Shown here piece after piece: positions 1 to 9,809 of a stretch of 64,000 bases of DNA. Numbering within the stretch: the first letter of the stretch is position 1; each line of letters starts with the position of its first letter. Position numbers and translations under genes: made by a program. The notes beneath the pieces are model-generated. The model ran no database searches, was not told the DNA's origin, and was given only the letters and a program-made list of their open reading frames with translations. Location: positions 32,370 to 96,369 of the forward strand of contig JBFMGO010000007.1 of assembly GCA_040752695.1 (NCBI GenBank). The letters run 5' to 3'. The DNA comes from a bacterium. GTDB taxonomy: Bacteria > SZUA-182 > DTGQ01.

Positions 1-879
1 GAAAATACTTATGATAGTGTCTTTCAAGGCATTGGGTGAAACCATAAATTCGCGATACGGCATGATGGCGATTACGGACCAATCTCTTCCGATGACCGGA
101 GCATAGGACAGATAACCATCTACGTCCGAAAGCATGGCGTGCCCAAAGCCGGATTCCATGGCCCTGGCCCTTCGGATGATTTCCTGACCTTTGTCCCCCC
201 TGCCAGTCATTCTGCGCAATACCTTATCTTTTTGGGGATGAGATAGTACCGTGCCCTTGGCATCCATAAGCATAAGAAAACCGCTTCTTCCAAATCTGAA
301 TTCCTGAATACCCCTGACTATATAATCTAAGGGAACCCTCCCTATCGTCAGGCAAATAAACTTGCCGGAGGGATTCTGAAGGCAGAACGAAAATTCCATG
401 AAAAGGGCATGAGAATTGGTCGGCGTCGAGAGCACCTGTACGAAAGGCGAGATGAAGATTTTATTCGGGTTGCGGATCGCTTCTTGAAAGCATGGTGTCT
501 GGCTGAGGTCGGAAAGCTCGTCAGATTTTTCCCCGTAAACGAGCTTCACTTCTTCCCGTCCGCTCTCATTGACAAGAGCCAGAATGGGGAACGTCTGCTT
601 ATAGCGGGCAAGGTATCCTTCCAGCAATTCTTTGTAATGCTCAAAGTAGATCTTTATGGGCTCACCTTGGGCGATCCCTTCGAGCTCACCGGCTGTGCTC
701 TCAACGGATGAACTTACCTGCCTGGCCTGACTCTGCGCAATATATTCGAGACTCCTTTCCTGATTTTGCCTTAAAGAATCAACCATGAAAAAGTAACTCG
801 AAAGTCCGATAGCAGAAGCAACCATGAGGATCAATCCGATTTGAAAGACAAGAGTTTTGACCCTGATCGATATGAACAT
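1..879 (-). CDS. Membrane sensor with periplasmic dCache-like domain, probably a histidine kinase or similar; 3' part runs off the window
   Basis: Not in the ORF track; translated by hand from ATG at 879: MFISIRVKTLVFQIGLILMVASAIGLSSYFF (TM) ... FGRSGFLMLMDAKGTVLSHPQK ... LSYAPVIGRDWSVIAIMP (Cache-like). Open to position 1. Confidence 0.8.
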   Translation of the reverse strand, partial: MFISIRVKTLVFQIGLILMVASAIGLSSYFFMVDSLRQNQERSLEYIAQSQARQVSSSVESTAGELEGIAQGEPIKIYFEHYKELLEGYLARYKQTFPILALVNESGREEVKLVYGEKSDELSDLSQTPCFQEAIRNPNKIFISPFVQVLSTPTNSHALFMEFSFCLQNPSGKFICLTIGRVPLDYIVRGIQEFRFGRSGFLMLMDAKGTVLSHPQKDKVLRRMTGRGDKGQEIIRRARAMESGFGHAMLSDVDGYLSYAPVIGRDWSVIAIMPYREFMVSPNALKDTIISIF

Positions 880-983
880 ATCCACTCTTCATGAGAAAAT
901 GGATTGTACCAAGAGGCTATTTCGAAAAATTCCTTTTAAGGTGAATGGTTGCACATCCCGCCTGAGGTTTTTAGGACAGACTC

Positions 984-1433
984 TTAACATCCTCCATTCA
1001 GGGGAATTTTGACAATGGCCAAAAACAGGCCAAGCATGCGAATCGCTTCGGAAAACTGCTCATACTCCACAGGTTTGGTTACGTAGACATTGCACCCGAG
1101 TTCGTAGCACTTTGAAATCTCCTGAGGACTATCGGTGGTAGTCAGGATAACCACCGGAATATGACGGGTCCTTTCATTTCCCTTAAGGATCTTGAGAACC
1201 TGATATCCATCGAGCACAGGAAGGTTAAGATCAAGTAAAATCAGTACCGGAATAATACAATGAGCCCCCTGGTATTCTCCCTGGCTGAGAAGGTAATCAA
1301 CGGCCGTCTGGCCGTTATCGAATTTGACGATACTATTGCTGATGCCTCCACGCCTCAGGTTTTTCTCGACCAAACGGGCATGACCTGCATCGTCTTCCAC
1401 CAATAATATGGTGACAGCTTGTTGCTCATTCAC
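984..1433 (-). CDS. Single-domain response regulator (CheY/Rcp-like receiver)
   Basis: Motifs ILLVEDD, LILLDLNLP, LTTT and KP; GTG start with GGAGG RBS; follows a histidine kinase. Confidence 0.92.
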   Translation of the reverse strand: MNEQQAVTILLVEDDAGHARLVEKNLRRGGISNSIVKFDNGQTAVDYLLSQGEYQGAHCIIPVLILLDLNLPVLDGYQVLKILKGNERTRHIPVVILTTTDSPQEISKCYELGCNVYVTKPVEYEQFSEAIRMLGLFLAIVKIPLNGGC

Positions 1434-1483
1434 AATTGCACCTCCATATTTTTTTCAGTCTGATACACTGGATGTCTCAAGCC

Positions 1484-3865
1484 TCATACTCCGGCCCCTT
1501 GGGCTTCCCTGCATGGCAGCGTCTTCCGGGGAATTGCAAAGCTGAAGGTTGTCCCTGCTCCCAGCTTCGATTCGCACCAGATGTGCCCGCCATGTCGGCG
1601 GAGCAAGGTTTTCACATAGGCTAATCCCATTCCCTCTCCCGGTTTATCCTGAACTCCGGCCCGGCGGAAGATTTCGAATACTTTATGTATGTCGTCCTCG
1701 GCTATTCCGCGTCCATTATCGCGGAAGTGAAAAATGGTTTCTTCGTGGCTGCACTCCGCGCTCATTTCAATCTCTAAAGGCCGGTCGGGATGGAAATATT
1801 TTATGGCGTTATCCAAAAGATTACCCATGATCTGCTCAATATCGGTTCTATCAACGACTATCTCAGGCAATTTCCCCACGATTACCTGAGCGCTGCATTG
1901 CTCAAGCTGGTGCGCCATCGTCTTCACGATAGATTGAACGACTGCCCCGGTGTCTACCAGTTCGAGCCGATGCTCTCTGTGTCCGAGGCGCGATAATTTC
2001 AGGATGGAATTGATCTGCCTATCCATCCTTTGAACCGATGACCTGATAAATTCCAGAGCTTCGGGCATATCTTCCTTAAAAGCACGGGAAAGAGTCTCCC
2101 GGTCCTCCTCGTCGATCCGGGGCAGGTATTTCTCTATGACGGATAACCCTTCTTTTACTGCCAAAGAAAGTTCATCTGAAAAGCCTTTGATATTAACCAG
2201 AGGTACCCGCAAATCATGGGAGACGATGTAGGCAAACGATTTCAATTCCTCGTTGGCTTCTTTCACCTCTTCAGCGGAAAACCGCAGTTTCTCCTCTGCA
2301 CGTTTTTGTTCGGTTATATCCATGGCTATACATACTATCCCCTCTACCTTGCCGTCACTATCACGCATCACTGAGCCGGAGAAGAGTACCGGTATTTTTC
2401 GTCCCCCCTTGGACAAATAGGTTTTTTCCTCGTTGGCGATAACCTGTTTACCCGTACCATGTTCCGGATCTCCGAATAATAACCCGAACAGCAGATCTTC
2501 CTCTCTTTCTTCTGTAAAAATCATCCCAATCGGCTGATTTAAAAGTTCATCCCTTGTATAACCCAAAAGGTCCAAAGTGGCCTGATTGACCATGATAATC
2601 GCAGCCTCCGGCGACACCACGATCAGGCTGTCGGCCATTGTGGAAATAATGTTGTCCACATAATTTTTGGAAACCGTGCTCTTTTTCAGGTCCTGGGTCA
2701 TTTTTTGGAGAGATGCCGCCAGTTGGCCGATTTCGCCCTTCGCCCTGACTTCAATCCGGGTATCCAGACTTCCCATGCCGATACGGGTTGCAGCATCCGT
2801 GAGTGTGGTAACGGGCCGGGAGATGGAGATGGAGAAAAAGGCCCCCATGAGAACAGCCAACAAGGTTACGGCCAGAGAGACAATCAGGATATCTCTCTTG
2901 AGCTTATTCACGGGAGCGAAAATCGCCTTTGTTTCGTGATCTACCATGAAAACCATGCCTAGCAGATGAGACCTCGAATGTGCATGCCCGGATAACATTT
3001 CGCCATGCCGGGCATTGTAAGCCAGAAATACGAATGTCTGTCTTTGCCTGTGGTTTTCAATTCGGGACAATAAACGGCTATTATCCTCCAGCATAGTAAA
3101 TTCATCGGTAGAATAAAGCAGCCTTCCCCGCTGATCGATGAGCTTATAGAAAGCTCTCTGTTTTTTGTGCAGCCTGATTGTTTCGAATTTTTTTATTATT
3201 CTCGCTATATCTTCGATATTCAAAACAGCTCTCATTGCACCAATAAAATGACCATTCTTATCATTAATTCTTATCCCGATCTCCAAAGCGTATATATTTG
3301 AACTTTCATCGTAAATGACATCTCCTATGGCTAGGTCGTTCTTTTTCATCTCCTGCCACCATTTTTTATCATCCTGCCTGAAGTCGGCCGCTTTTTCGGT
3401 TTGAGCAGCAATAGCTCCATATTTATTGGTTACCACTATTTCCCCGAAAACTTCATAACCGTATTTTTGTCTATAATATTCTGATACTTCGCGCAATTCC
3501 ACTGCTGTTTTCCTATTCAATAATCCCTGCATAAAAGGAGTTACGGTGCTCTTTGGTGCTAAAATCCATGCTTGATTCTTTTGATGAATATACTCCTGTA
3601 TATTGTCCAATTCTTCATACGCCTGGTTCGATGCTTTGATGCATTCTTGCAACACGGTATCATTGCAATATCCCTCAAGGGATTCAATCCGTTGAAAAAT
3701 ATTTGTTTCTATTTCATCCATAATCCCGGCAGCCAGAGTCATCGAACTTTCTTCGATAGATTTCTGCAAAGCTTCCTGACTCCTTACAATAGCAAGGTAT
3801 CCTGCCAGTGAGATAAGAAAAGCAATCGCCAAAAATCCCATGATCAACTTATAGCGTATTTTCAT
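1484..3865 (-). CDS. Membrane histidine kinase (Cache-HAMP-PAS-HisKA-HATPase)
   Basis: Two TM helices, HAMP, PAS (VNQATLDLLGY...DITEQK), H-box SHDLRVPL, NLLDNAIKY, DNGRGI, GEGMGL. Start taken at MKIRYKL (3865) instead of 3970. Confidence 0.92.
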   Translation of the reverse strand: MKIRYKLIMGFLAIAFLISLAGYLAIVRSQEALQKSIEESSMTLAAGIMDEIETNIFQRIESLEGYCNDTVLQECIKASNQAYEELDNIQEYIHQKNQAWILAPKSTVTPFMQGLLNRKTAVELREVSEYYRQKYGYEVFGEIVVTNKYGAIAAQTEKAADFRQDDKKWWQEMKKNDLAIGDVIYDESSNIYALEIGIRINDKNGHFIGAMRAVLNIEDIARIIKKFETIRLHKKQRAFYKLIDQRGRLLYSTDEFTMLEDNSRLLSRIENHRQRQTFVFLAYNARHGEMLSGHAHSRSHLLGMVFMVDHETKAIFAPVNKLKRDILIVSLAVTLLAVLMGAFFSISISRPVTTLTDAATRIGMGSLDTRIEVRAKGEIGQLAASLQKMTQDLKKSTVSKNYVDNIISTMADSLIVVSPEAAIIMVNQATLDLLGYTRDELLNQPIGMIFTEEREEDLLFGLLFGDPEHGTGKQVIANEEKTYLSKGGRKIPVLFSGSVMRDSDGKVEGIVCIAMDITEQKRAEEKLRFSAEEVKEANEELKSFAYIVSHDLRVPLVNIKGFSDELSLAVKEGLSVIEKYLPRIDEEDRETLSRAFKEDMPEALEFIRSSVQRMDRQINSILKLSRLGHREHRLELVDTGAVVQSIVKTMAHQLEQCSAQVIVGKLPEIVVDRTDIEQIMGNLLDNAIKYFHPDRPLEIEMSAECSHEETIFHFRDNGRGIAEDDIHKVFEIFRRAGVQDKPGEGMGLAYVKTLLRRHGGHIWCESKLGAGTTFSFAIPRKTLPCREAQGAGV

Positions 3866-4021
3866 TCCCGCTTTTCTCCATGGCTGTTTTCTCTCCAATA
3901 GCGGTATCGGTGGATACCGGCCGCTTATTCGGGAATACTTCCTGCCGCTCAAGGGATAGCCGATTTCCATTATTCAGGAGCCATAATAATGAGCCTTTTA
4001 CAGGAAACAATTCATAAAATT

Positions 4022-4050
4022 TTGACATTGGCAAGAAAATTGAGTATGAT
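4022..4050 (+). promoter_or_regulatory. Sigma70-type promoter for the dcd-like gene
   Basis: TTGACA-17 nt-TATGAT about 85 nt upstream of the ATG at 4136. Confidence 0.65.
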
Positions 4051-4135
4051 AAATTTATATCCTCATTATTCCGGTTATGCCATTCAAGTCTATGTAGTTT
4101 CTATATAATTTCAATAATCTCAAATCGAGGCATAA

Positions 4136-4765
4136 ATGATTAAGGATGGAGCCTTAATAGATAAAGATATCAAAGCATTAATGATGGAAGGGGTAAAAAT
4201 CGTTGATCCTTTCGAAGAGAGTTTCTTACAGCCCGCCTCTATAGACCTGCAATTAGGAAATACCCTCTATACCTACAGTATGGAAGATTATGTTTTAGGA
4301 GAAGAGATCGACGACTGCAAGGTAGAGCAAAACACATTGAAAGAATACACGTTACTGAACGGCAAGGTTGTTTACGTTGGCCTCCATGAAAAGATAACGA
4401 TACCTGAAAACATACTTGGTCTTATAGTACCGAGAAGCAGTATTACAAGATTAGGTATATCAATTACTCCAATCTATGTAAATCCCGGATACAGAGGACA
4501 GCCGCCGCTGACAATCGTCAATAACAGTGGCAGCAACATTATCTTAAGGCCCGGAACAAGGGCAGTACAGTTACTTTTATTCTTTCTGTCAGGAATCCCT
4601 GAAAGAATTTATGGTAGTGCTGCCGATGCCAAGTATCTTGACGAAAAGGCTGATTACTCGAAATTGCATATGGATGAAGAAATAAAAAGAGCGATAAACG
4701 AGGTTCTGGAACAGGAAACATCAGATCTTTTTAAAAAGGTAAAAGAAAAAATCCTCCATGAATAA
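4136..4765 (+). CDS. dCTP deaminase/trimeric dUTPase-fold protein with atypical active site
   Basis: LQPASIDLQLG, PRSSITRLGI, NPGYRG and G.RAVQL match the Dcd family; canonical DPG and LE appear as NPG and LT. Confidence 0.82.
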   Translation: MIKDGALIDKDIKALMMEGVKIVDPFEESFLQPASIDLQLGNTLYTYSMEDYVLGEEIDDCKVEQNTLKEYTLLNGKVVYVGLHEKITIPENILGLIVPRSSITRLGISITPIYVNPGYRGQPPLTIVNNSGSNIILRPGTRAVQLLLFFLSGIPERIYGSAADAKYLDEKADYSKLHMDEEIKRAINEVLEQETSDLFKKVKEKILHE

Positions 4766-5211
4766 GCGGCAGGAAGCTGAAAAAACCATTTTAAAATACG
4801 TTACTGACTTGATTTCTTTATCAAGTCTTACTAAAATTTTACCAAAATAAACCATCTCATCTAAAAGAGTTTAATGAGGCAGATTTCAAAAGAATCATCA
4901 ATCCAATGGTAATATTTTCAGTGATAGAAGATTATAACAAAGTAATTCTCAGTGACGAAATTAAAAAGATTGTGATCAATGACTGCAAAGATGCTCTGAT
5001 GAAACGAACCAGCCTTGATAAGTGGCTGGAAGCGGGAATAGTCATAACGACTGTTATTCTTACCATTATTTTCTTTTTGTTATCAACGTCGTTAACTCCT
5101 GACCTGCAAACCATCAAAAATTCTATCTGGGCTGTGAAAATCACTTCCAGTGCGGCTTTTGTTTTGTTAATAATCGAATTAGTACTTTATATAATTCTTA
5201 AATATAAATGA
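4758..5211 (+). pseudogene. Probable ~150-aa 2-TM membrane protein split by a +1 frameshift; the track ORF 4906-5211 is its C-terminal part
   Basis: ATG at 4758 overlaps the dcd-like stop and gives MNKRQEAEKTILKYVTDLISL...*. The next frame is open from about 4813 (FLYQVLLKFYQNKPSHLKEFNEADFKRIINPMVIF...) into two hydrophobic helices. AT-rich. Confidence 0.5.
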
Positions 5212-5232
5212 GTTTTCTATATCATCAACTCA

Positions 5233-5379
5233 CTACCGGACACTTTTACTGTCATTCCCGCGAAAGCGGGAATCCATGCATGGTTGCAGCCCCCCCTGGA
5301 TTCCCGCCTACGCGGGAATGACGGGAAATGTCTGTACTTACTGACGTATACAGAATCATAGATAAAAAGTGTCCGGTAG
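5233..5379. mobile_element. MITE/REP-like nested palindromic element
   Basis: 15-bp perfect outer inverted repeats CTACCGGACACTTTT / AAAAGTGTCCGGTAG enclose an inner inverted pair GTCATTCCCGCGAAAGCGGGAATCC (5251) and GGATTCCCGCCTACGCGGGAATGAC (to 5322), of ATTCCC-N8-GGGAAT type. Confidence 0.7.
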
Positions 5380-5429
5380 AGAGATCATCAATTCAGACAG
5401 GCTATCCTGGTCCCCCGCCTTTAAAAGTT

Positions 5430-5497
5430 ACCTGTTCCAACCGGCCCGTAAAATCAAAATGAGACCTGTTCAAACCGGCTGTAAAATCAAAATGAGA
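5430..5497. repeat. Imperfect ~34-bp tandem duplication
   Basis: CCTGTTCCAACCGGCCCGTAAAATCAAAATGAGA followed by CCTGTTCAAACCGGCTGTAAAATCAAAATGAGA. Confidence 0.85.
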
Positions 5498-5608
5498 AGA
5501 GCATGATCATTTTTCTTGCTTTTTCCTTCTTCTCATATATTATTAAGGCAAACTTTCCCTTTTTCTTCCATATTCGAAACCCATAAACGAAAGGAATATG
5601 AGACAACC

Positions 5609-7309
5609 ATGGAAAAAATTCTGACTTCTCTTTTAGCTTCGTTTGTGGCTCCTCAAAATCTCAACCAGGCCATAGTCGATACTATCGGGCAGATCGGGCA
5701 GCATCTGGCTTTGCAGCGCAGCTATATCATGAAATTGCGGCCGCAGGAAAACGTACTTGATAACATCCATGAATGGTGCGCACCCGGCATTCCTCCCCGC
5801 AGGGAGGAATTATGGGGGGTCCCTTTGGCATCTCTTCCTGAGTGGATGGAGCCTCTGAAAAAGAATCAGCATATTATCTTCCCGGAAATGAAAAACGCCG
5901 CCTTTGCGTCTTCATCTTCCCCCTTTGTGGCAGCGGGAATTCAGGCGCTTCTTATCATCCCCCTGTGGTTTGGTGGCCGGTTTTCCGGCTTTATCGGCTT
6001 TGAAGACCTGTCCGGTCCGAGGGATTGGCGAGCGGAGGATATTCAGTCCCTGAAAATAGCGGCGGGAGTCTATGCCCTGGCCGCTGAAAGCCTTCATATC
6101 AAAAACCTGCCAGGGGAAACATCGGATGGTTCCGGCCAGGAAATTCAAAGGAGCTGTACTCCTGCCCCTGTGATAGCCGAAGAGCTCAAAAATCAACTGG
6201 AAGCGGTGTTCAATTGCATTGCAGACCCTCTCAATATTCAAGACCGCTCACTCACCATCTTGATGTGCAACCCGGCCAGAGCGTCGCTTTACAATATGCA
6301 CGTTCACGATGTCATCGGGAAAAAATGTTACGAGATTTTTCAAGACCGCACCACGCCCTGTCTTTCATGTGCGGTCATCGATGCCTTTCAGACCGGCAAG
6401 CCGTCCTATCGGCTGCGGTACCGGGAAAGCAACGAGCGGGCTGCCTCATGGGCCGAGGTTTTCGCCTATCCCATTTATAATGCCCAGGGGGAAGTCATTC
6501 AGGCCGTTGAGTTCGCCAGGGATATCACGCAGCGCAAGCAGGCTGAGGATGAAATCAGAAAGCTTTACGCGGAATTGGAGCAAAAAGTGGAAGGCAGGAC
6601 CAGGGAACTGCAAAAAATCCAGGAAGAACTGGTCCACAAAGAGAAACTGGCCGTCATCGGGCAGCTCATCGGCAGCGTAGGACATGAATTCCGCAGTTCC
6701 CTGACCATTCTGTCCGGCATATTGTATCTGTTGAAAAACCGGGGGGAATCGGAGAATATCGAGGAATTTATCGATACTCTGGAGGAGGAAATCCACAAAA
6801 TGAGCAAATTCGTCGAGGACCTCCTGGACTTCTCCCGCACCTCTGCACCCACCTTTCAAGAAGTCGATCTGGAGAAAGTTATCCAGAAACTGCGCCAGAA
6901 GATCGACATTCCTTCTCAGATCCAGGTCTTCATCGACTGCCCGAAAGACCTCCCTAAGGCATACGTGGACCCGGATCACGCTGAGCAGATCTTCCATAAC
7001 ATTATCTCTAACGCCATCCAGGCCATGCCTTCCGGCGGCACGCTCAGGGTTCGAGGAAAGCAGGAAGGATCGAGGGTCGTTCTTTCCTTTACCGATACCG
7101 GAGTCGGCATATCTCCCATCAATATCCGTAAAATCTTCACGCCTCTTTTCACCACCAAGGCCAAAGGAACCGGGCTGGGATTGTCTATCGTCAATATGCT
7201 GATTAAGAAAAATAAAGGGTCAGTGTCAGTTGAGAGTGTTCCTAATCAGGGGACTACCTTTACTCTGTCTTTCCAGACCAGCCCTGAGCCGGAAAAAGAG
7301 GTGCTTTAA
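5609..7309 (+). CDS. Soluble GAF-PAS histidine kinase
   Basis: GAF (NIHEWCAPGI...GFIGF), PAS with CxxC (KKCYEIF...PCLSC), H-box GHEFRS, NAIQAM, DTGVGI, PLFTTK, GTGLGL. Start taken at MEKIL (5609). Confidence 0.9.
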   Translation: MEKILTSLLASFVAPQNLNQAIVDTIGQIGQHLALQRSYIMKLRPQENVLDNIHEWCAPGIPPRREELWGVPLASLPEWMEPLKKNQHIIFPEMKNAAFASSSSPFVAAGIQALLIIPLWFGGRFSGFIGFEDLSGPRDWRAEDIQSLKIAAGVYALAAESLHIKNLPGETSDGSGQEIQRSCTPAPVIAEELKNQLEAVFNCIADPLNIQDRSLTILMCNPARASLYNMHVHDVIGKKCYEIFQDRTTPCLSCAVIDAFQTGKPSYRLRYRESNERAASWAEVFAYPIYNAQGEVIQAVEFARDITQRKQAEDEIRKLYAELEQKVEGRTRELQKIQEELVHKEKLAVIGQLIGSVGHEFRSSLTILSGILYLLKNRGESENIEEFIDTLEEEIHKMSKFVEDLLDFSRTSAPTFQEVDLEKVIQKLRQKIDIPSQIQVFIDCPKDLPKAYVDPDHAEQIFHNIISNAIQAMPSGGTLRVRGKQEGSRVVLSFTDTGVGISPINIRKIFTPLFTTKAKGTGLGLSIVNMLIKKNKGSVSVESVPNQGTTFTLSFQTSPEPEKEVL

Positions 7310-7352
7310 CCTGAATACGGAATTCCGGGGAACCTTTGCGCCGGCAAAATCC

Positions 7353-9152
7353 TTATTCTGGATTTTGATTTCTGCTCTTGCTTTCTTTCCCCAGGTTTCC
7401 GAGTGCATCCATGTGCGTCTGCCACTGTTTCATCTCCTTTTGCACGGTACTGCCAGTCTCCCCCTGCATTGCACCGCTGTTGCTTTCTTTACGCAGGTTT
7501 CCGAGTGCATCCATTTGTGTCTGCCACTGTTTCATCTCCTTTTGCACGGTACTGCCAGTCTCCCCCTGCATTGCACCGCTGTTGCTTTCTTGTTCCCTCC
7601 CTTTTCCGGGGGAAGGGTCGGAGGGGGGGGAATCCTGCTCTCTGCCGGTGTCCGGTTTCTGGCAGCTTGAAACCAGATAGGGAGTAAGAAGGATAACCAG
7701 TTCCTTCCTTTGGGTCTGGGTGGATGACTTGGAAAACAGGAGCCTTCCCAGAATGGGAATTTTCCCGAGAACGGGCAGGCGGCCTCTGGCTTTAATTTCC
7801 GAATTTCTGATCAGCCCGCCGATAAAGATTGTCTCCCCTGCCTTGACCATAACCGAGGTAGTAACCGATGTCGTGGTCTTTTGTGGCAATCCCCCGCTGA
7901 GTACACCGTCGCTGACTTCCGGTTGAATATTCAGGAGGATATTGCCGTCTTCGGCTATATGGGGAGTCAATTTCAGTTGGGTGCCGATATCCAGAAATTC
8001 TACACTTTGCATGGTGCTGGTTTGCGTGGTTGTGGTGAGGTAATAGCCCAGTTTACCGCCAATGAGAATCTGGGCCGCTTTTCCGTCCAGCACCAGGATG
8101 CGCGGCTTGGCCAGGGTTTTTACATCGCCTTTTTTCTCCAGGGCATTCAGCTTGAAGTAGAAATGGGGGCTGATGACGCCAAAGAGAAACTGTGAAGTAT
8201 CCCGCGAACTGAGACTTTGATAGGATACCTGTGAGTTGCCCTGACTGGACGAATCCCCGGAAATTGAGCCTGGTGGAAGGGCCGTCTGTCCCGGTGAGAT
8301 AAGATAACCGTCTGCATTGCCCCCTTGAGAGAACGTGCCGCTCCAGTCGATACCATAAGTCATATCGTCACTGAGGTTAATTTCCAGAATCTGGGCCTCA
8401 ATCATGGCCTGCTCGGGTGGGATATCCAGGGAGCGGATAATCCTTTCAACTTCTTCGAGTTCTTTATCAGAACCCTCAACCAGGAGCATCCCCTCCTGCG
8501 GGTAAACCGTTGTCCTGGGTTTCGTGCCCTCCGATTTCTCGAAAGACCATTGAATCACTTTTGATAATTCCTTAATATCAGCATAGTTGATATGAAACAC
8601 CTTGACCGACCGGAGAACATCTTTCTTTTCCTCTTTTCCCTCTTTTCCATCTATTCCCTTTTCTTCCTCCTTCCCCGCTTCACCCTGATCCTTTTCCGTT
8701 GCTTCTTTGAGACTGCTCTTTTCCTTTTCCCCCTGGCTGAGGATATAAAGTGAACCCTCTTTGGTCCAGATCAATCCCATGATTCTGGCAATTGCGGTTA
8801 ATGAATCTTCCAGGTTCGCCTCTTTAAGATTCAAGCTTATGCGACCCTTCACCTCAGGGGTGCTCACGATATTGGCTCTGTACTTCATGGAAAGGGCCTT
8901 GAGCAGGGTATTGATATCCATATCCCTGATACTCATGGCAGAGCTTGCGTAGGCACCTTCCATATCCTCTGCGGTACTGCCCGATCCGGGAACGATAAGC
9001 AGCACAATGCCTGCCAGAAAGGTACTTACCAATAAGGTATGTACCAGTAAGAAAAGGTTTCCTTTTAAAGCCGATGGCTGGTGAATGGTCTGTCTGCTCC
9101 TGAATTTCTTCCTTCTGGTGCTCATTTTCCTCATGTCCCCCTTTGTTCGCAA
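7353..9152 (-). CDS. pilQ: Secretin (GspD/PilQ family) with repeated C-terminal tail
   Basis: N domains, then LDIPPEQAMIEAQILE, LAKPRILVLDG, GETIFIGGLI, LPVLGKIPILGRLLF, KELVILLTP; last gene of the pilus locus; start uncertain. Confidence 0.92.
   Translation of the reverse strand: MRTKGDMRKMSTRRKKFRSRQTIHQPSALKGNLFLLVHTLLVSTFLAGIVLLIVPGSGSTAEDMEGAYASSAMSIRDMDINTLLKALSMKYRANIVSTPEVKGRISLNLKEANLEDSLTAIARIMGLIWTKEGSLYILSQGEKEKSSLKEATEKDQGEAGKEEEKGIDGKEGKEEKKDVLRSVKVFHINYADIKELSKVIQWSFEKSEGTKPRTTVYPQEGMLLVEGSDKELEEVERIIRSLDIPPEQAMIEAQILEINLSDDMTYGIDWSGTFSQGGNADGYLISPGQTALPPGSISGDSSSQGNSQVSYQSLSSRDTSQFLFGVISPHFYFKLNALEKKGDVKTLAKPRILVLDGKAAQILIGGKLGYYLTTTTQTSTMQSVEFLDIGTQLKLTPHIAEDGNILLNIQPEVSDGVLSGGLPQKTTTSVTTSVMVKAGETIFIGGLIRNSEIKARGRLPVLGKIPILGRLLFSKSSTQTQRKELVILLTPYLVSSCQKPDTGREQDSPPSDPSPGKGREQESNSGAMQGETGSTVQKEMKQWQTQMDALGNLRKESNSGAMQGETGSTVQKEMKQWQTHMDALGNLGKESKSRNQNPE
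7378..7591. repeat. 102-bp near-perfect tandem duplication in the secretin 3' end (34-aa repeat x2)
   Basis: ESNSGAMQGETGSTVQKEMKQWQT(Q/H)MDALGNL twice; DNA units start at 7378 and 7480. Confidence 0.95.
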
Positions 9153-9191
9153 AGGGAACTTGTTTCCCCCCTTTTTAAAAGGGGCGGGGGG

Positions 9192-9782
9192 CTACTCCTC
9201 CGGTGAGATTTTCAGGACAACATCCTCTCCATCCCTGGTGAGTATGGCCTCTTTGTCCTTTATTTCCCGTAGTTGGTAACCCGAAATGCTCTGGCCGATC
9301 GCAAGTGGCTGATTGTTGATCACCGCGATAGGCGCCCCTCCGGTTAATGTCGCTTCGAGCTTGAACCGGGAAGATGCAACTTTGGCCGGCTGCTCTCCAT
9401 GTTCCCCTTTTCGGCTTACATCCGTGGCCGCTCCGGTTGCCCGCCGGGTCTTTTCGTCAGGCGTTTGATCCTGCATGGTGCCAAAGCTGAAAATATCCCT
9501 TACCAGATGGTCCGGCCATCCCTGAATTTCTTTCAAGCCCTTTTCGGAAGAAGGCAGAATGAATTTTTCTCCGAGAATCTGGCTGATCCCGGAAAGCGAT
9601 AAGCCGATATCCTTTAGGGCTGATTCACCCGCACGTTCGGTTTCACCCATAGACCGCATCCTCCAGGCAGAGATCCGTTGTTTGATCTTCCCGTTAAAAA
9701 CCAGGACCAGGAGGAGTAGGGCCAGAAGGATAGAAAATTTAACGCTCTGTGATTTCGACATTTTCCGATTTCCTGATTCCAT
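9192..9782 (-). CDS. PilP/GspC/MshK-like assembly protein
   Basis: N-terminal TM; C-terminal FKLEATL..GAPIAVINNQ.LAIGQSISGYQLREI beta domain; lies between pilO and the secretin. Confidence 0.65.
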   Translation of the reverse strand: MESGNRKMSKSQSVKFSILLALLLLVLVFNGKIKQRISAWRMRSMGETERAGESALKDIGLSLSGISQILGEKFILPSSEKGLKEIQGWPDHLVRDIFSFGTMQDQTPDEKTRRATGAATDVSRKGEHGEQPAKVASSRFKLEATLTGGAPIAVINNQPLAIGQSISGYQLREIKDKEAILTRDGEDVVLKISPEE

Positions 9783-9809
9783 GATTGGATTCTCCTTGCC
9801 GCTGGCAGT

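Noticed and set aside
409..711. 100-aa plus-strand ORF
   Set aside because: Lies antisense to the clear Cache-domain gene at 1-879.
4136..4765. Known anti-phage dCTP deaminase (AvcD type)
   Set aside because: Those are Zn-dependent cytidine-deaminase-fold proteins with a kinase-like domain; this protein has the trimeric dUTPase fold.
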